Assembly (NCBI GenBank): GCA_012295275.1
Contig: CM022667.1
Location: forward strand, 5,890,001 to 5,954,000
Length of the DNA stretch: 64,000 nucleotides
Reading direction: 5' to 3'
Source: Chrysomallon squamiferum
Taxonomy: Eukaryota; Animalia; Mollusca
Of this stretch, positions 12,061 through 25,860 are shown piece by piece. Positions within the stretch are counted from its first letter, which is position 1. Every line of letters starts with the position of its first letter. The translations under genes were made by a program, and so were the position numbers. The notes under the pieces were generated by a model, which saw only the letters and a list, made by a program, of their open reading frames with translations, did not search any database and was not told the DNA's origin.

Positions 12061-15000
12061 TATTTATTTCCTGAATATGTCAAATTCAGAGAAATAAAAA
12101 TCAAAATAAATAAAGAATAAAAAAATAATAAACTGAAACAGCACAAAATGTATCAATAAAAACTGGAAACTAAAACCCACAAAAAGCAATAACAAAAAAA
12201 CAACAACAAAAAAATCAACAAAATCCAGTTTAACTGCTAGTTTAAATATAATAATGTTTTGCTAAGTTCATAATATTTATTTTCTTCTGTACTTTAAGAA
12301 AAAATAATTATTTACTACTACTGAAAAAGATGACTAGAAATTATCATTTTAAATATGAAATAAAAAATAATAAGAAAAAAAGTTGAAAATTCATTGTGAC
12401 TATGAAGAGAAGTACAATTGATAAAAGTAACATTTAAACACTGATGTAATTTACTGTAAGACTTGTTTTCTGTATCTCACCTGTAACTCATCATGCTAAT
12501 TAAGCTGATATATTTCAGAAAGGTTTGAGATAATGTATTAATTAAATTTGTTACTTACATTTTTAAGTCAAATTTAACAAATGCAATATATACTTAGATC
12601 TAGTCAAATTACATTCAAGTGTCATGGGATACGAAATTTTTCTAATAGAAATATTCTATATGTATAGGTGAATATAGTATCTCTGAAAAATACATTACAG
12701 TATTTTTAAAATACCAATCAATATCATGAATATGAGTATCACTAGTGACTATGTTCTTCATTCTGTTTAAAGTCACATCAAGACAATTTCTATTACTACT
12801 TTATTGTTTCTTCTACCAATAATAATACTAATAATAATAACTAACACTGAGAGAAGCAGAAAGCATATGCCTTTACCACTCTTCACACACAGACTAATAC
12901 ACAGATGAAATTATTTATCACATAAAACACTTTCTATCATTTATATCAACTTACTTGATCTTATTTTGGTGCAATTAGTATTACCAATACCAGGAGGATC
13001 ACCATCAATACAGCTCCATGTTCCTTCATCAAGAGTTTTGTTAAAAGACTTTATAATAAGTGTGATTTGTGTAGACGAGTCTAATACAAAACTGTATCCA
13101 GGTCTGCCACCCCACGGATCACAATCAGTTGTATCTACTTTACAGGACAGAACTTCTTCTGGGTTTCCAGAATTTGGACGAAAATATTTTATTCCAACTG
13201 TTACTGTTCCAGACACTGTGCAGGTCAATTTTGTCTCTTGTCCTTCTGTTGGTGTATCCAAGCAATCTATATCTGTGCTTGCTTTTCCTGTAAAACACAA
13301 TTTTATTTATTTAAAAAATATAAAGAGAATGATAGGTATTGATAAATAAATACATAAATACATTATTCTAGACTAGCTTGAACCCTCTGTGTGTGTGTAT
13401 ATGTGAGAGAGTGTGTTTGTATGTGTGGATTATATATATATATATACATACATACATATACACATACATGCATGCATGCACATATATCTATATATATATA
13501 TATATATTTATATACATGAATGCACTGATACTGTGTTTCTAATAAAACAGAATCTTGAAAAAGACATTTTATATTAATGCCATAAGCTGTGAAAGTATTT
13601 AACATAATTTTTATTATAATGTTGTTATCATTACCTGCAGCCTACCATTTTCTGTCTTGGACCCTACATGTATAGGCTTGTAAATATAATATTTACTGTA
13701 AATGTAATTATGTAAACTAATTTATCACAGCCATCTCAATTAATGTTTATACAAGTTTCCAAAAACTGTGTTTATTGGCAATCTCTAAACATAAGTGGTT
13801 GCATGATCAACTAGTCATATGCATCCATCTCTGTTGTACTTGACCGTGTACATAAAGTTTATATCAATTAATGTATTATAAAGTCTAAAATTTAGGCATT
13901 TTTATAATTTTGTACTCTGTGTTATGAATTGTGAACAGATAAGAACATATAAATTGTATAAAGGAAAGTTTAAAAAAAAAAAAAAAAATTCTTTATAAAC
14001 AAGATTTTATGGACATCTAAGAAGGAATAACAACAGGTGTGATGCATATATATACTTAGTGCCAGGTGTGAGCCAGAGTGTCATACGTGAGTCAGTGCTG
14101 GGACCAGACTTGTAAAGCTGCAGAAATAACAAACATCAAATACTTTTAACATAGACTTTTAAACTTGTTCTGGAATTTCACTTTTCAGGTTATTTGCTTT
14201 GTTTAAATTTGACTTAAAAATTTTAGACTGGTAGGGTGTTAAGACCTATAGGAATTACTTAAGAATTCAGGATATAGTAATGACTGGTTGGATGAAAAAA
14301 TAGTTGTCTCTACCATGAATAAAGCATTTTCTTTTATTCACTTTCCATGTGCTTTGAGTCATCAGTGATGGTAAAATATGTAACATGATATTAAAAACAA
14401 ATTCAAAACTGAATTTTCACTTCAGATGTGGGAGAAACTGCTTTGTTTTTGTTTTCTTTCTGCTCCAATATAGCTGCCTATTTAAAAACATTTTCAAGAT
14501 ATTTTTAATCAGATGTATGACCACATATATCTTTTAAGCTGTAATGTGTAAAACAGTTCCTTTGTTTCATACTGATAAACAATCCCTGTAGATGAAATAC
14601 TCAGTTAATTGCACATTCATCATTATTTTATTTTTCTGTTTAACAATTAGCAATAATATATTTTCTATTAATTTTTTACCTCTCTTAATTAATATCCATT
14701 GCAAGTTAGCTATATAACACTTCAGAGAAAAAAGCTCTTTTATGGGTTCTGCCTTATTGTTTCTGTATCTGTGTCACTTGTGTTAAATAATTCAATAAAC
14801 CATCAAATCTAAATCTGCGGTACTAATCTTCAGAATCTTTGCAGCAATAGCAGAAATTAATATTGAACCTTTGTAAATAAACAAATTTAAACCCAACTGT
14901 CTCAGTTTTTTATGAAACTTGGTATATTTGTTGACTGGGATCCCACAGCACCAAATCTGAAATTTTAGCCCAATCGGATCAGTTGTGTGGGAGTTATGAC

Positions 15001-17881
15001 CTTGAAATTGACCGAGTGGATCACGTGACCTTGAGATGACCATTATTGAAATTTAATCTCCCACGTGTTAACTAAAACATATAAAAGTTTCCTGGGTGTA
15101 ATATTTTTTGTTTAGCCACAATATAGATTTAAAAAATGCACATACATGAAAATAACACCTTTTCAGCCATTAACATCTGATTAACTAAAACCTGAATGAT
15201 CAATTCTGGATGCTAGGAATCCAAGTTTCATAAAAATCTGAGACAGTCAGGTTTAACCCATTGGGTGATTTAACACGGAATGACCCATATCAGTAATACA
15301 TATGAAATAAGGATTATAACTGAAATAAATTAATTAATGCAGTTATGAAGAGACTCTTTATGATTTAAAAGCAACTTAAGATTTCAGAAAGCATGGTTAT
15401 ATGGTTCACAGAATATTCTGAGTGAAATGTACTCTTGTATGATTGTAATAATGTTTTTTCTTTTCTTTTTCTTTATTGTAAGATACATAATTAAAAGAAG
15501 GACAGTGTTACATCACTGATAATTAAGATGTGTTTGATAAACTGAATGGAATAATGATATGATCGTTATATTTTTTTATAGTTATTAAATTAAATACCGA
15601 AGAAAAACCAAGCACTGCAAACAGGTTAAAAAGCATTAATTTCCAATTTTACCCAATACAAGGTACAGATAACATATCCAAATAGGTAAAACCAATTAAA
15701 AATTTTCTTTTAACCCATGTCATGGTGTATAAAAAATAATGTAATAAAAAAAATAAAAAAAATATGGTTATAATATTATATTAATGTTATTTCCAGTATG
15801 AAAACAACTCCTGAAAATTACAGCTTATTAGTTAACATGGTAAAGGTTCATTGTTGGTTTTACTGGGATGGTCTATGCACCATTGACAAGTCTTTTTCTA
15901 GTAGTAACACTGAGCATGAAAGAATGTTACTCAGTGGCCAACACTGTCGATGCAGTGAACAGCATTAAAATTTCAACAATAAGCAAAATATAGTTCAGCA
16001 CAACACAACATTTTCATGAAGGGAAAACAAGTTACATACACATGTACTGTTTTTTGCAATCTTCACTTGAACTAAATGGTTGTTCATGCAATCTGTTCAC
16101 CCCCAGCAATTTTACCTAAAACCAACATGTCAAAAGTATGTTACCATTCTTCCTTATCATGGTCTTTGGATATTTTTTATGTATAGGCCTATATACATTT
16201 GTGGTTTTTTCGCAGTTACCTTATCTTGAAGGAAAATGAACATCCATGTAAATATATAGTATATATTCAACAAGAGATGTTCACACATCAGTGTCAGAAT
16301 TAATAACTGCAGGTTTTTCTGAAGTGATGTGGTGGGCTGTCAAGGTCTTTCAGGGGAATGTGGCTGAACCTGCATTAATGTGCATGATATTGCTGAATTC
16401 ACTCTATACCTCTCATATAATTTATATACAGTATTAAAATTGAATATTTCCCCAATCAAAATGTGTCACTGCTGCCTGCATCAATAATTTAACAATGGAT
16501 AACTTCAAAATAGTTAAATATGTTGTGTTGTCACCTTTCATTTTTGGAGAAGTCTAAGCAAAGCAAGTCCTTATTCTGCACTGAACACTTGCCAATTCCT
16601 AACTTGGATTCTGATGACCATCTTGTAACATTAGACAGAACAGAAAAAAAAAACAAAAAAACACCTCACATATACAGTATGAGCTGTCAATATTTGTTTT
16701 GTTTCAGCTGAAGAAATATGTTTCTTCTTTATTCCAATGAATGAGGGTGTGCAAACAAATAAATGCAAAGGTGATCTCGAATTAATGCAGTAGAGTATAT
16801 GCAAAATAAATAAATAATACAAAACTATAAAACAGATAAATATAGCAAAAATAAATGGAGAAAGGATAGAAAAGAAAGTGCAAATGTGCATCACATATGG
16901 TGTTATAGCACTACTGTTTTAGAAGATATCAAAATTTTAAGCTTGAATTTTTCAACAACTGCATAGAGGTCATTCCTTACCAAATCACCCAGTACAAATT
17001 TGTGTATAATCTGGTTTGTTCTGAAACAATTTTGAAAAAAAATGTTCTTTTCAAATTTGACATTTCTGGTCACCAATCTTTAGACTCAAGTATCTCAGCA
17101 GACACTGAGCCAATCTTCATAATGTTGTTCTTATGGAAAGGGAACTCCATAAGAAATCCAAATTTCAAATTACTTTATCACAAGAATGTATCAATGGCTC
17201 ATTACATTTTGATCTTTTGTTTGAATTTGACCTTTTAAGTCACATGATCCTGAATTGATATGTAGTAAGAATTATAGCCCATGGCTGTGTCAGTTAACTT
17301 AAGGAAAAACAGATTTAGAGACCTAGCATATCTGACTTCTGCATTTGTCACCAATATGCCAAATATTACAAATGACTTTTACGAAAGTGTAAATAAAGAA
17401 ACATGGTCTTATAAAATTATTATTGTTTTCTCACCAGTTTGCAGAAATTTAGTATGCATACTGTATTTAAAATATTAGCTTCAGTTTTATGCACTACTAT
17501 AGGGAACAACCAAATCAATTATTTGATAATCTCAGACCCACATATTCCACTGAACTTGTTCAATATTGCTCACATTTCCAACTGCTGATGCACCTCAGAC
17601 TTCAACTGCTGCAGATAACATATATTATAAATGTCATTTCACTTACTGAAAGCAAAACTTTTGAAGAGATAAATTTATTAAACAATTAAGTTTCACCTAC
17701 TGAGAAAATAATCAATTACATGATTATTGTGAACTGCCAAAATCAGCTTCCAAGAAATTTGTATTTTTCATAAATAGCTTGAAATATGTAAGTGACATGG
17801 AAAACACTCACCTTCTACAGAGGCCCATGTAAAGATAAAAGTAATCACAGCAATGTGAAGAACAGTGCAGTCAAAAACCAT
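1095..17881 (-). CDS. Gene A (spliced): signal peptide + V-like Ig + mucin micro-exon stalk + 3 TM helices + short tail, ~297 aa
   Basis: Ten coding exons joined by GT-AG introns, all phase 1: 17812-17881, 12955-13287, 11777-11800, 9887-9910, 7434-7457, 6568-6591, 4592-4699, 2360-2461, 2033-2140, 1095-1171. Total 894 nt, open frame from ATG to TGA. Confidence 0.8.
2033..2140 (-). CDS. Gene A TM exon 3 (VDKTDGSWIAAIVLCALGFLFGAVFCAVGVIKMSKL)
   Basis: cag acceptor, gtgagt donor, 108 nt, phase 1-1, ~23-residue hydrophobic stretch. Confidence 0.8.
2360..2461 (-). CDS. Gene A TM exon 2 (DKILKTLGIVLIVVGACVIVIAVVTAILLAVKTN)
   Basis: tag acceptor, gtaagt donor, 102 nt, phase 1-1, hydrophobic helix. 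Confidence 0.8.
2504..2607. repeat. Compound (AAT)n/(TAC)n microsatellite
   Basis: Read directly from the sequence. Confidence 0.85.
4592..4699 (-). CDS. Gene A TM exon 1 (GPGESLDWCIAVSAVLAVLIVVGIVILILVVKEPFD)
   Basis: cag acceptor, gtcagt donor, 108 nt, phase 1-1, hydrophobic helix. Confidence 0.82.
6568..6591 (-). CDS. Gene A stalk micro-exon 4 (GPTTTPQT)
   Basis: 24 nt, cag acceptor, gtatt donor; near-identical to the other three copies. Confidence 0.75.
7434..7457 (-). CDS. Gene A stalk micro-exon 3 (GQTTTPQT)
   Basis: 24 nt, tag acceptor, gtatg donor. Confidence 0.72.
9887..9910 (-). CDS. Gene A stalk micro-exon 2 (GPTTTPQT)
   Basis: 24 nt, cag acceptor, gtatg donor. Confidence 0.75.
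11777..11800 (-). CDS. Gene A stalk micro-exon 1 (SPTTTPQT)
   Basis: 24 nt, cag acceptor, gtatg donor. Confidence 0.75.
12955..13287 (-). CDS. Gene A V-like Ig domain exon
   Basis: Inside ORF 12941-13300: TKLTCTVSG ... ITLIIKSFNKTLDEGTWSC; 6 Cys; 333 nt, phase 1-1; cag acceptor, gtaagt donor. Confidence 0.9.
14887..15256. mobile_element. MITE-like element with imperfect inverted repeats
   Basis: ctgtctcagttttttatgaaacttgg (14897-14922) versus ccaagtttcataaaaatctgagacag (15221-15246); internal tgaccttga motifs. Confidence 0.5.
17812..17881 (-). CDS. Gene A signal peptide exon (MVFDCTVLHIAVITFIFTWASVE)
   Basis: ATG two bases after a ttctttccacag acceptor; hydrophobic core; gtgagt donor in phase 1, matching the Ig exon. 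Confidence 0.8.
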
Positions 17882-20800
17882 TTCTGTGGAAAGAACAAAG
17901 TTATATATTTTACTATCAGTAAACTTTCAAACATTTGAACACGTGTTATCCAGCAGGATAAATTTAACTACCACTAGTAATTCATTAATAATGATAAAAG
18001 AATACAATAAGGGTTTTCATTTCCAAAATTTGAACTGTCTCCATGGAACATTTGGTTTTGTACTGCATCTTAAATTACTATTCAGATTGCAGAGATCATT
18101 ACAATTTCTTGATCTATATTTTCTTTAAAATAATTTTTCTTTTGAAGACTGTCCATAACTATAAGAATATTTTAAATGGTATTATTGTTTGTGTATGAGA
18201 ACATGTTTTATTAGGATTATGTCCTAATTACAATGCTGGTTATATGTTCAGAAACTCAATTTATTTCATAAAACAAATTGATAAATGTTTTGGTTAATTA
18301 AATTCATTGATTACGATTAAAAAATCAGTTACATTAAAGGTGGCACTGTTAATATATACAAATTTGAATTAGGCATGATCAATAATCTTGTAGGTTTCAT
18401 GTTTTTTGTAAGTTGCGACTCTTTCTTTATTACATAGATATGCAGAAATAAATGATATCAGAAATATATCCCTCTGATTGGTATGTAATGGCTTGTCAAA
18501 TGGAAACCCTTGCAGGTTCCATGCGGCCACAATGAATAACAATCATTTAGAAATTACTCCTGAATTGCAAACAAGACAATTATTAAAAGCTGTTGATAAA
18601 TGAATTTTAACTTGAATGAATGAAATGAGTACATCAAAAGCATGTATTTATTTGAATGCAAATCATGTCTGCCTATCCGACTTTATCTAACAAAATGATG
18701 GTGAAGCAATGTTGTTATTTTTTTCCTCTTTTGTTTTAAATGGACCAAGTAAATTTTTGTATCACAACTATGATAATGAAATTTTCATAACAAATATAAT
18801 ATTAACAAGACAGAACAAACTAACAGTAATGCTTAACAATAGTTAATATTTTGGCAATGAAGAGAACAGAATGTTGCTGTGCCTGAAACACTGAATCGAC
18901 AGTGCTCTCCTCCAAAAGAATTGCACCAGTGAAACACAGTACAACTTTGTGACATGATTTTGGTAAACAGCAATCCATTTCACCTCTGCCTTACACTCTG
19001 CTCTTGAATTAAAGTCCTCAGATACAATCAGTTTAAACACAACATGTTTTGTAGTGATCCATTTCTCTTACTTGGACATGCACATTGTCTTATACAAGGA
19101 CAGGGATTCTTGTTTTCATACTTCTTGCTCATTTCATTTACATTCCATCTTGATCACAGTGTCTAGTAGCAATAAGGGCTCAATTGATGATGTGTTATGT
19201 TTCCTCAATGGAGATTAAATTTTATGTATTTGTATTGCCACGTTGCTAGAATTAATATGTGTGAACAATGACAGCAAGCTGTACTCAAACACATACAAAT
19301 AATGCCAAAAAGGCTTAACTGTTTTATATACACATTGATAAAGTCATTAGCAGTAGATCAAAACTGTCAAAACACATGCCCACTTAAACAATTTCACTTT
19401 ATTCATTACTGTTAAAACAACTGTGTGTGAAATAAAGATGGAAAGTTGCATTCTAAATTCAGGTAACAAATAATAAAATTCACTGTCAAAACAATTGCCT
19501 ATTCATTACACTATCATTTCAAAGAACAACTTATATTTGCCAAAACAATTGCCTAGTCTTTATTTAAACTCTGTCAATTCAAAAAAGAACTTAATTTTGA
19601 AGATGGGAGAAGTTTGTTTTTCTTTATGTTTTTTTTTGGTTTGTTTTTTTGTATGTAATTTTTTAAATAACAACTCACTCTGCAAGGAATTCTAACTTCT
19701 CAAATTATGAACTGCATCCCACTGCCATATTTTCTTGACACTGGTTAGGTGAAGGAATCTATGAAAAGTTTTGTCAAACATTTCGTCTCTTGTGTATCAG
19801 CAAAATAAGAATCAGCTTGGAAAACAAGGGCAGTTGATCTTAAAGGCTTGTGAACAACACATATTGACACATGGCACAAAAGAAGGAACTTAAGCAATAA
19901 TATGAACTAACCTACCTGTGGCTTTTACATATGCTATCCTTGAACATGTATAACCAATGAATCATTTTAGAGATTCTGGCATCACTGGTATAGGATGTGA
20001 AAGATGCTCTGGTATTACCTAATTTTAATCACTTAATAAAATACCTTAATAACACAAGTCAAAGATACAAACTGAAGGTTCAGAGAGCTAAAAGATCAGC
20101 TTCACATTAACTACTTCTCCCAACATGATATGAAAACAAAACTTTCTAAATAGTAAAATGTTCAGTGAATTTACATGGATAGTGACCTAGATACCAAACC
20201 GGCCTGAAAACAGTAGAAAACCTGTTGACACATTTTTAGAAAGAACAGGTTAAAAAGCAAATATCTATCATGTTGCAATTTTTATTTATTTATTAATATG
20301 TATTTTGTTGAATATTTTACAGTATCTATATTATACTGCATACATTATATAAAGATTTCCTGACATAGAAAAAATATTTATGATATATATTTTCATGAAT
20401 GGTGTACTGTAATAATTTATTTTTCACATTTACAATATAATATATTTGAGTTAAAATATATTATTTTCATTAGAATAATGATCAGTATTTATATTACAGC
20501 TAATATTATGCATAAAATTAAATTTAAAAACATGAATAAAAAGACATGAATAAAAATGGTAAGAATAAATTCTGAATTATAATTTGAATTTATAGATTTA
20601 TAAAACTGTAAATGGTATAATTATTATATTTAACAGCAGAATTTGTTTTATTAGTTGTTGCTACCCCTGCAGAAAAATGTGGAAAGTTTTACTGACAGCC
20701 TCTAACGCAAAAAAAAAAAATTATATAAAAAATAAAAAACAGTATGTTTGCAAGTTATAAAATGATAGATGGACTGTTTTAATCATTTTCTTATGCCTAA

Positions 20801-21549
20801 AATAAACCACTCTAGATGATTGAAAAAGAAAATGGGACCAAGGATGCTTTAATTTAAATTGATAAAAACCTCTGGAAGCATATCATGAAAAATAAAGACA
20901 ATTCTGCCCTTTTCCTCAACCTTTATTGAATTTAGTAAACCCTTTATAAAATAAATATTAATTGTTATACATGTATATGCAGAATTTTATACACAACAAA
21001 ATAATTCAAACTGTATATTCCAAGGTAAATCTGGTCCAAAAAACATTTTCCAAAAATCTGACATTGAACACACACCAAACGTTTTGCTGGTTTATTTTAG
21101 ACACTATAAAAAATTATAAATTTATTATTAAAAGATAGAAATATGATATCAAAAACACAATAACATCCATTAAAATGTTTTTCTAATGTCAAAGTTATAT
21201 CAAACTGAAGTTATATCATAGGGGAGCTTTGCTACAAATAATACCTCAAAACGTAAAACAGACCACTATTTGAGAATGATCTATGTTACACTAACGTTTA
21301 TAACTCCAGAAAAACAAATAGGCTGTGCAGTCCAAAGGAAGAAAGTTTCTACTTTGATCTTTGAAAGTTTCTACTGCATGACATTGTTGACAATCACTTT
21401 TCCATGTACATCCACTTGCATCTCACATTTGACAAACTCTCTAAATTTTGTTGTAACTTGTCACCAGTTGACATTTTGTGTGAGGCTTCACCAGGAAAAT
21501 CCCAACAGACAGTGAATTATGCACACTGTGCAAAGAAAATGTGAGTATC

Positions 21550-22632
21550 CAGTGAAACCAACAACACTAGCCTCCAATGATTCATATGCATCCCAGTGAC
21601 CCAACATGCATCCACTCTACCCCGACATATATTTGTAATCTTGCTGACAGGCAAACAGTTTCACCAATGACATTTGACCAACCATTTTTTTGGAACACAT
21701 CAGAGATTATTTAAAATGATCCAAAGGACAACTATTTAAAAGATATCATCTTATTACTGGGTAGTTACTATATACTGATGAATATTCTTGGTGCTGTTGA
21801 TAAAGTCATGCATGGTTAAGGGCTTATGGATATTCTAGAGGATGTTTATAGGGATAATGTAATAAAGCACATGATGAGTGGATTGGTAATGCAAAGGGCA
21901 TTCCAAGGACATCTTTTAGTTGAAAAATCACTGAAGTAATTTATGGTAACCCAGATTTTGCTAATAATGTGAAGAGAGATTCATTTCATTGTAGGCAGGG
22001 GATAACAGATTAGATATACGTACCCACAGCTGAGGCTACCATGTAGGCAAAGAAGGCAGCTGTCTATGACTGATTTCAGCAAGTACATTTCTCACACATG
22101 TATGAAACATTCAGTTTGCCACAGAAACCAAACTGAAGACGGTAACTCCTTATTGTAATGGTATAAACAAGGAAAGAAATGGCCTGTGTGGGATATTTAA
22201 CTGTCCATCACAGAAATATCTTGCTTTTAGAGTTCACATAGGATGTTGAAAATAAATGTTTTAAAAATAGTGCAGGTGCAGATCTGTTGTGATTGAATAT
22301 TACATTGAAAGAGAACTTTAAATGTATCATTTCTGCTGAAATTACATTTTGGGTGGCATGACACCAAAGTACCAAACCAATCTTTTTGGCTGCTGTTTCT
22401 GTCTTTAGGAACTTGACAGGAAGAAAGGTCTGGGAACATTTGGTAAATTTTGTATCATCATTTAGACTCTGTTAAACTGTTGAAATACTGTAAATTGCAG
22501 ACTTATTTTGTCAAGCATTTCAGTGGTTAATAAAAGTCAGTAGCCAGACAATCCAGCATTGTGCATGTAAACATAGTTCAAATGTTTTGGCCAGCCTGAA
22601 CAATTCATGAGCTGGGCAATTTGACAGACTGG

Positions 22633-22668
<36 letters not shown>

Positions 22669-25130
22669 GGGGGGCATAAAAAGAAAAGAAAAACCCTCTG
22701 GAGCCTGGCACCACAAACAAAAACCAGAATAAATTAAGGGGCTAGCAAGTGTAGCAACACGTGAATAGCACAAGGAATGGACTGAAGCCAGGCTGAAAAG
22801 GGATCAAATGGACCTGGCCAAAATCAGGGAAGAATCTGAATTGCACAATCCACTGTCTACAGATTCTACACAGAGAAATATAATAACTAAAGTTCTTCTC
22901 AGAATAATGTTAATGCTGAATGTCATGTATCAGCATGAAACAGACAACTGAATTTTTTTTGGAGCAGACAGTTTCAACTTACATATGTAAACAAAAATAA
23001 AAGTACACTAGGTATGGCATAGTCAATGTTACCGCTGAGAGAACTATCGGTCCTGAATTATCTTCCTGAGGCTACTGGTCATATCCTGGGGAGGAAACAT
23101 TCCTATGGAGGAATTTCTTGAGTATGAACTATGTATATTTCCCATGCTGTTTCTTGAGGCAAACAGCATATTGAGGAAACCCAATTAATCACACCTTGCC
23201 AAAGCACAACTGACCATGCCTGCCACCTGTCAGATGAAGCTGTCACCAATAAGGTGCCAAAAGCTGAGAATTATATGCTGGATGCTCATTCACCATTTTC
23301 AGTGGACAAAACTCAGCACATATGGCATAATAGCAGATTCCTATATGGTTTTCACTATATAAAATTCTTGAAAGAACATCAATAAAGAAAAACACACGAG
23401 AGAGGACTGGACAAAAATCACTCAGAAGGAAGCGTCACATATGAAACTGTCTTTAGTTTTAAATAAAGAAGAATTCACACAAATGGATATAACAAGCAAA
23501 AGCTAATTAATCCAAATTAGTAAAAAGTTAAAGCATAAAGTGTGCAGTGTTACTTTCACAGAATTCAGATTATGTAACCAGTTTATTTTATTAATCATTT
23601 TTCAACTCCATGAATCTGCTGCAGAAATCATTTTCAGTTTTGTAACCAATTTATTTTGTAATTAGTTTTTCTGTCATATTCATATTTTATTTTAAATTTA
23701 TGCTGCCAATTTTTCAACTCCATGGAGTTGCTTTAAAAGAGATGGCATTTTGTAATTAAGGAAGAAGCTAAAAGGAGAGCCAAAAGTGATACTAATAGTC
23801 AATGTTTGTGAAAGTCCAAGTAGCTATTGTCTTTCACAAAACCAAGCCAAATGGGGGAAAAAAAATTCAATTATTGATTCTTCTATTGTACCATATGGCT
23901 CCTGATAGAAAGACTGTACACTTTTGCTTTGACAACAAATCAAGAAACAATTTCGGGTTTATAACTTAAATTTGCTAAACAGCCTGTATGTTTAGATGAT
24001 CCATGTGTTCTCAGCAGCTTTACATATCTCTTCTGGGTGTTATCATAACACGCACTGTGGGGACTGAAAAAAAAACACTCTTTGAAAAAAGTCGTGAAAT
24101 GTGTCAAACATTTAAAGTCATGCGCACTTCCTTTTATAACACCTGGTCAAAAATGAGACACAAAAGAAAAGTGTGGAAATAAGCCATGCCTCTCATGTTT
24201 CAATGAAAATGATCAGATTCAGAGTCTCTTTCATATTTGCAACATTCTGTATTGAAAATAAAGTAGTTTCTGCTATATACTTTGTGACTCCTCTACAACT
24301 TCTGCCAACTATCACAACATTCCATTCCTTGCATGTTTATTTCCTAATTATGATATGGTTAGGAAAAGAAACTGTACTTGATGGTAATGACTGAGGATGA
24401 AAACGTAAGAACAACCAATTCAAGTAAATCATTTACAAAGAATGCTGCACAGGATAATTTGCTGAAGATAGTGCATTACAGCTGTATTTGTAGATGGTAT
24501 GGAATACTATGCACAAGTGCCTGTGGACTATGCCAGCTTGATTCATGTGTAAACCCTTACAATCATGTCTGAATGGTTCAGGATACTGGCAAATGTGACC
24601 ATGGAAAAATTTAACATTCTTATGTGGCAAAATTTAATTTGTGATTAGCAACTGTGCACAAATCTATTACTTCATACTGACATTGAAATGATGTGATTTG
24701 CAACATTCAGATAATTGTTAAATAATGTATATAAATGTAGCTAATGCCCAGAAATATCTTAAATAGCAGTCTCTTTAAAATTTTAGGGCCAATCTCACCT
24801 ATAATGGCACAAGATGTCAATTTGACACACGTAAAACATCACAGAACAATTTTGATACACTTTTTTTTTGTTGTTGTTGTTGTTGTTTTTTGTTGTTTTT
24901 TATCACAATTCAATTTTTTGGGTAATATATTTACAGGATCTAAGCAAAACCAATATAAAGTTTGAAGTACACTGAAATTTGTGGGGTGGCCATTTTGAAA
25001 CTGAGCAAATTATCCACCTTCCGCAGGTCAGATTCTAGATGACATTTTTTTTTTCTTCTACTGCCATGAATAAAATTAAAACCAAAAAAACATTTTGTAT
25101 AAAATTTTCGGGTGAGGGGTCGAACCCTAA
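21550..25130 (+). mobile_element. Decayed DNA transposon with C-terminal Cys-rich (CXC/Cys8) finger, Academ-like
   Basis: Broken plus-strand frames read TFDQPFFW, LKDIILLLGSYYILMNILGAVDKVMHG*GLMDILEDVYRDNVIKHMMSG...RAFQGHLLV (~21670-21925) and NLLKIVHYSCICRWYGILCTSACGLCQLDSCVN (~24455-24555). Many stops and frameshifts. Family assignment is from memory; boundaries approximate. Confidence 0.6.
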
Positions 25131-25327
25131 GCAACTGACTACATGGCCATATGTAAAGAACCCCACCAAAAGAGACACAAAGCTACCGGTCTGAAATGTA
25201 CATCAAATGATTTTAACATTTCGTGCGCACTGTACTAACAACTGAAGATGCCCACTGGATCTATTCACCAATTTGGAACTCAAATTTCAAATTTTGAAGT
25301 CTGGCTCACGAACTAATGCGAAAGAGG

Positions 25328-25328
<1 letters not shown>

Positions 25329-25383
<55 letters not shown>
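25329..25383. repeat. (ATT)n microsatellite
   Basis: Read directly from the sequence. Confidence 0.9.
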
Positions 25384-25672
25384 TTAACTGTTGAAAAAAG
25401 AAATCTGAGATGTATCTCTATGTTAATTACTTTAACTTCCTACTAAATCAGTTTCGATCGATACCATTTTAACACGTCTTATGGTCGTCGGAATCTTGCG
25501 GTTCCTGCCGGTAGTTAGTATGTCATGAACGTCATATTCATAATCGTTTTCAACATAACGATGTCCAGTATAATTATTCCATTATTTGTACTACAGACTT
25601 ATGATTTCTGTATAAAGAATGTTACTGTTTAAGAAAGGTGATAATTTAATATAATTTTAGAAATATACTCAC

Positions 25673-25860
25673 CGTTAACAAACGACCATACAATTCACTG
25701 ATAAGCACTGAAACATTTAATAGACTGGTACACATTCGACCATACTTTTTATTAGTTGCTTGAAGGGAAGGTTTTATTTTTTTTTCGTTTTTTTTTTTTT
25801 TTTTTTAATTATAAGCTATCTGGGTCATTGTTCCTGAAACGGTCGGACTGAAAATGTGTC
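25673..25860 (-). promoter_or_regulatory. Putative non-coding first exon / promoter region of gene A, with short uORFs
   Basis: Strong donor acg|gtgagt at 25667-25672 in a locally CpG-rich patch (~25440-25860). The signal exon has an upstream acceptor, so an earlier exon is needed. The ATGs just upstream of the donor all stop before it. 5' boundary unknown. Confidence 0.45.

Noticed and set aside
12481-12495. Possible 15-nt micro-exon (tag|catgatgagttacag|gtgaga)
   Set aside because: No polypyrimidine tract and an immediate stop in phase 1; probably chance.
12966-13349. 127-aa plus-strand ORF
   Set aside because: Antisense shadow of the gene A Ig exon; no recognisable motif.
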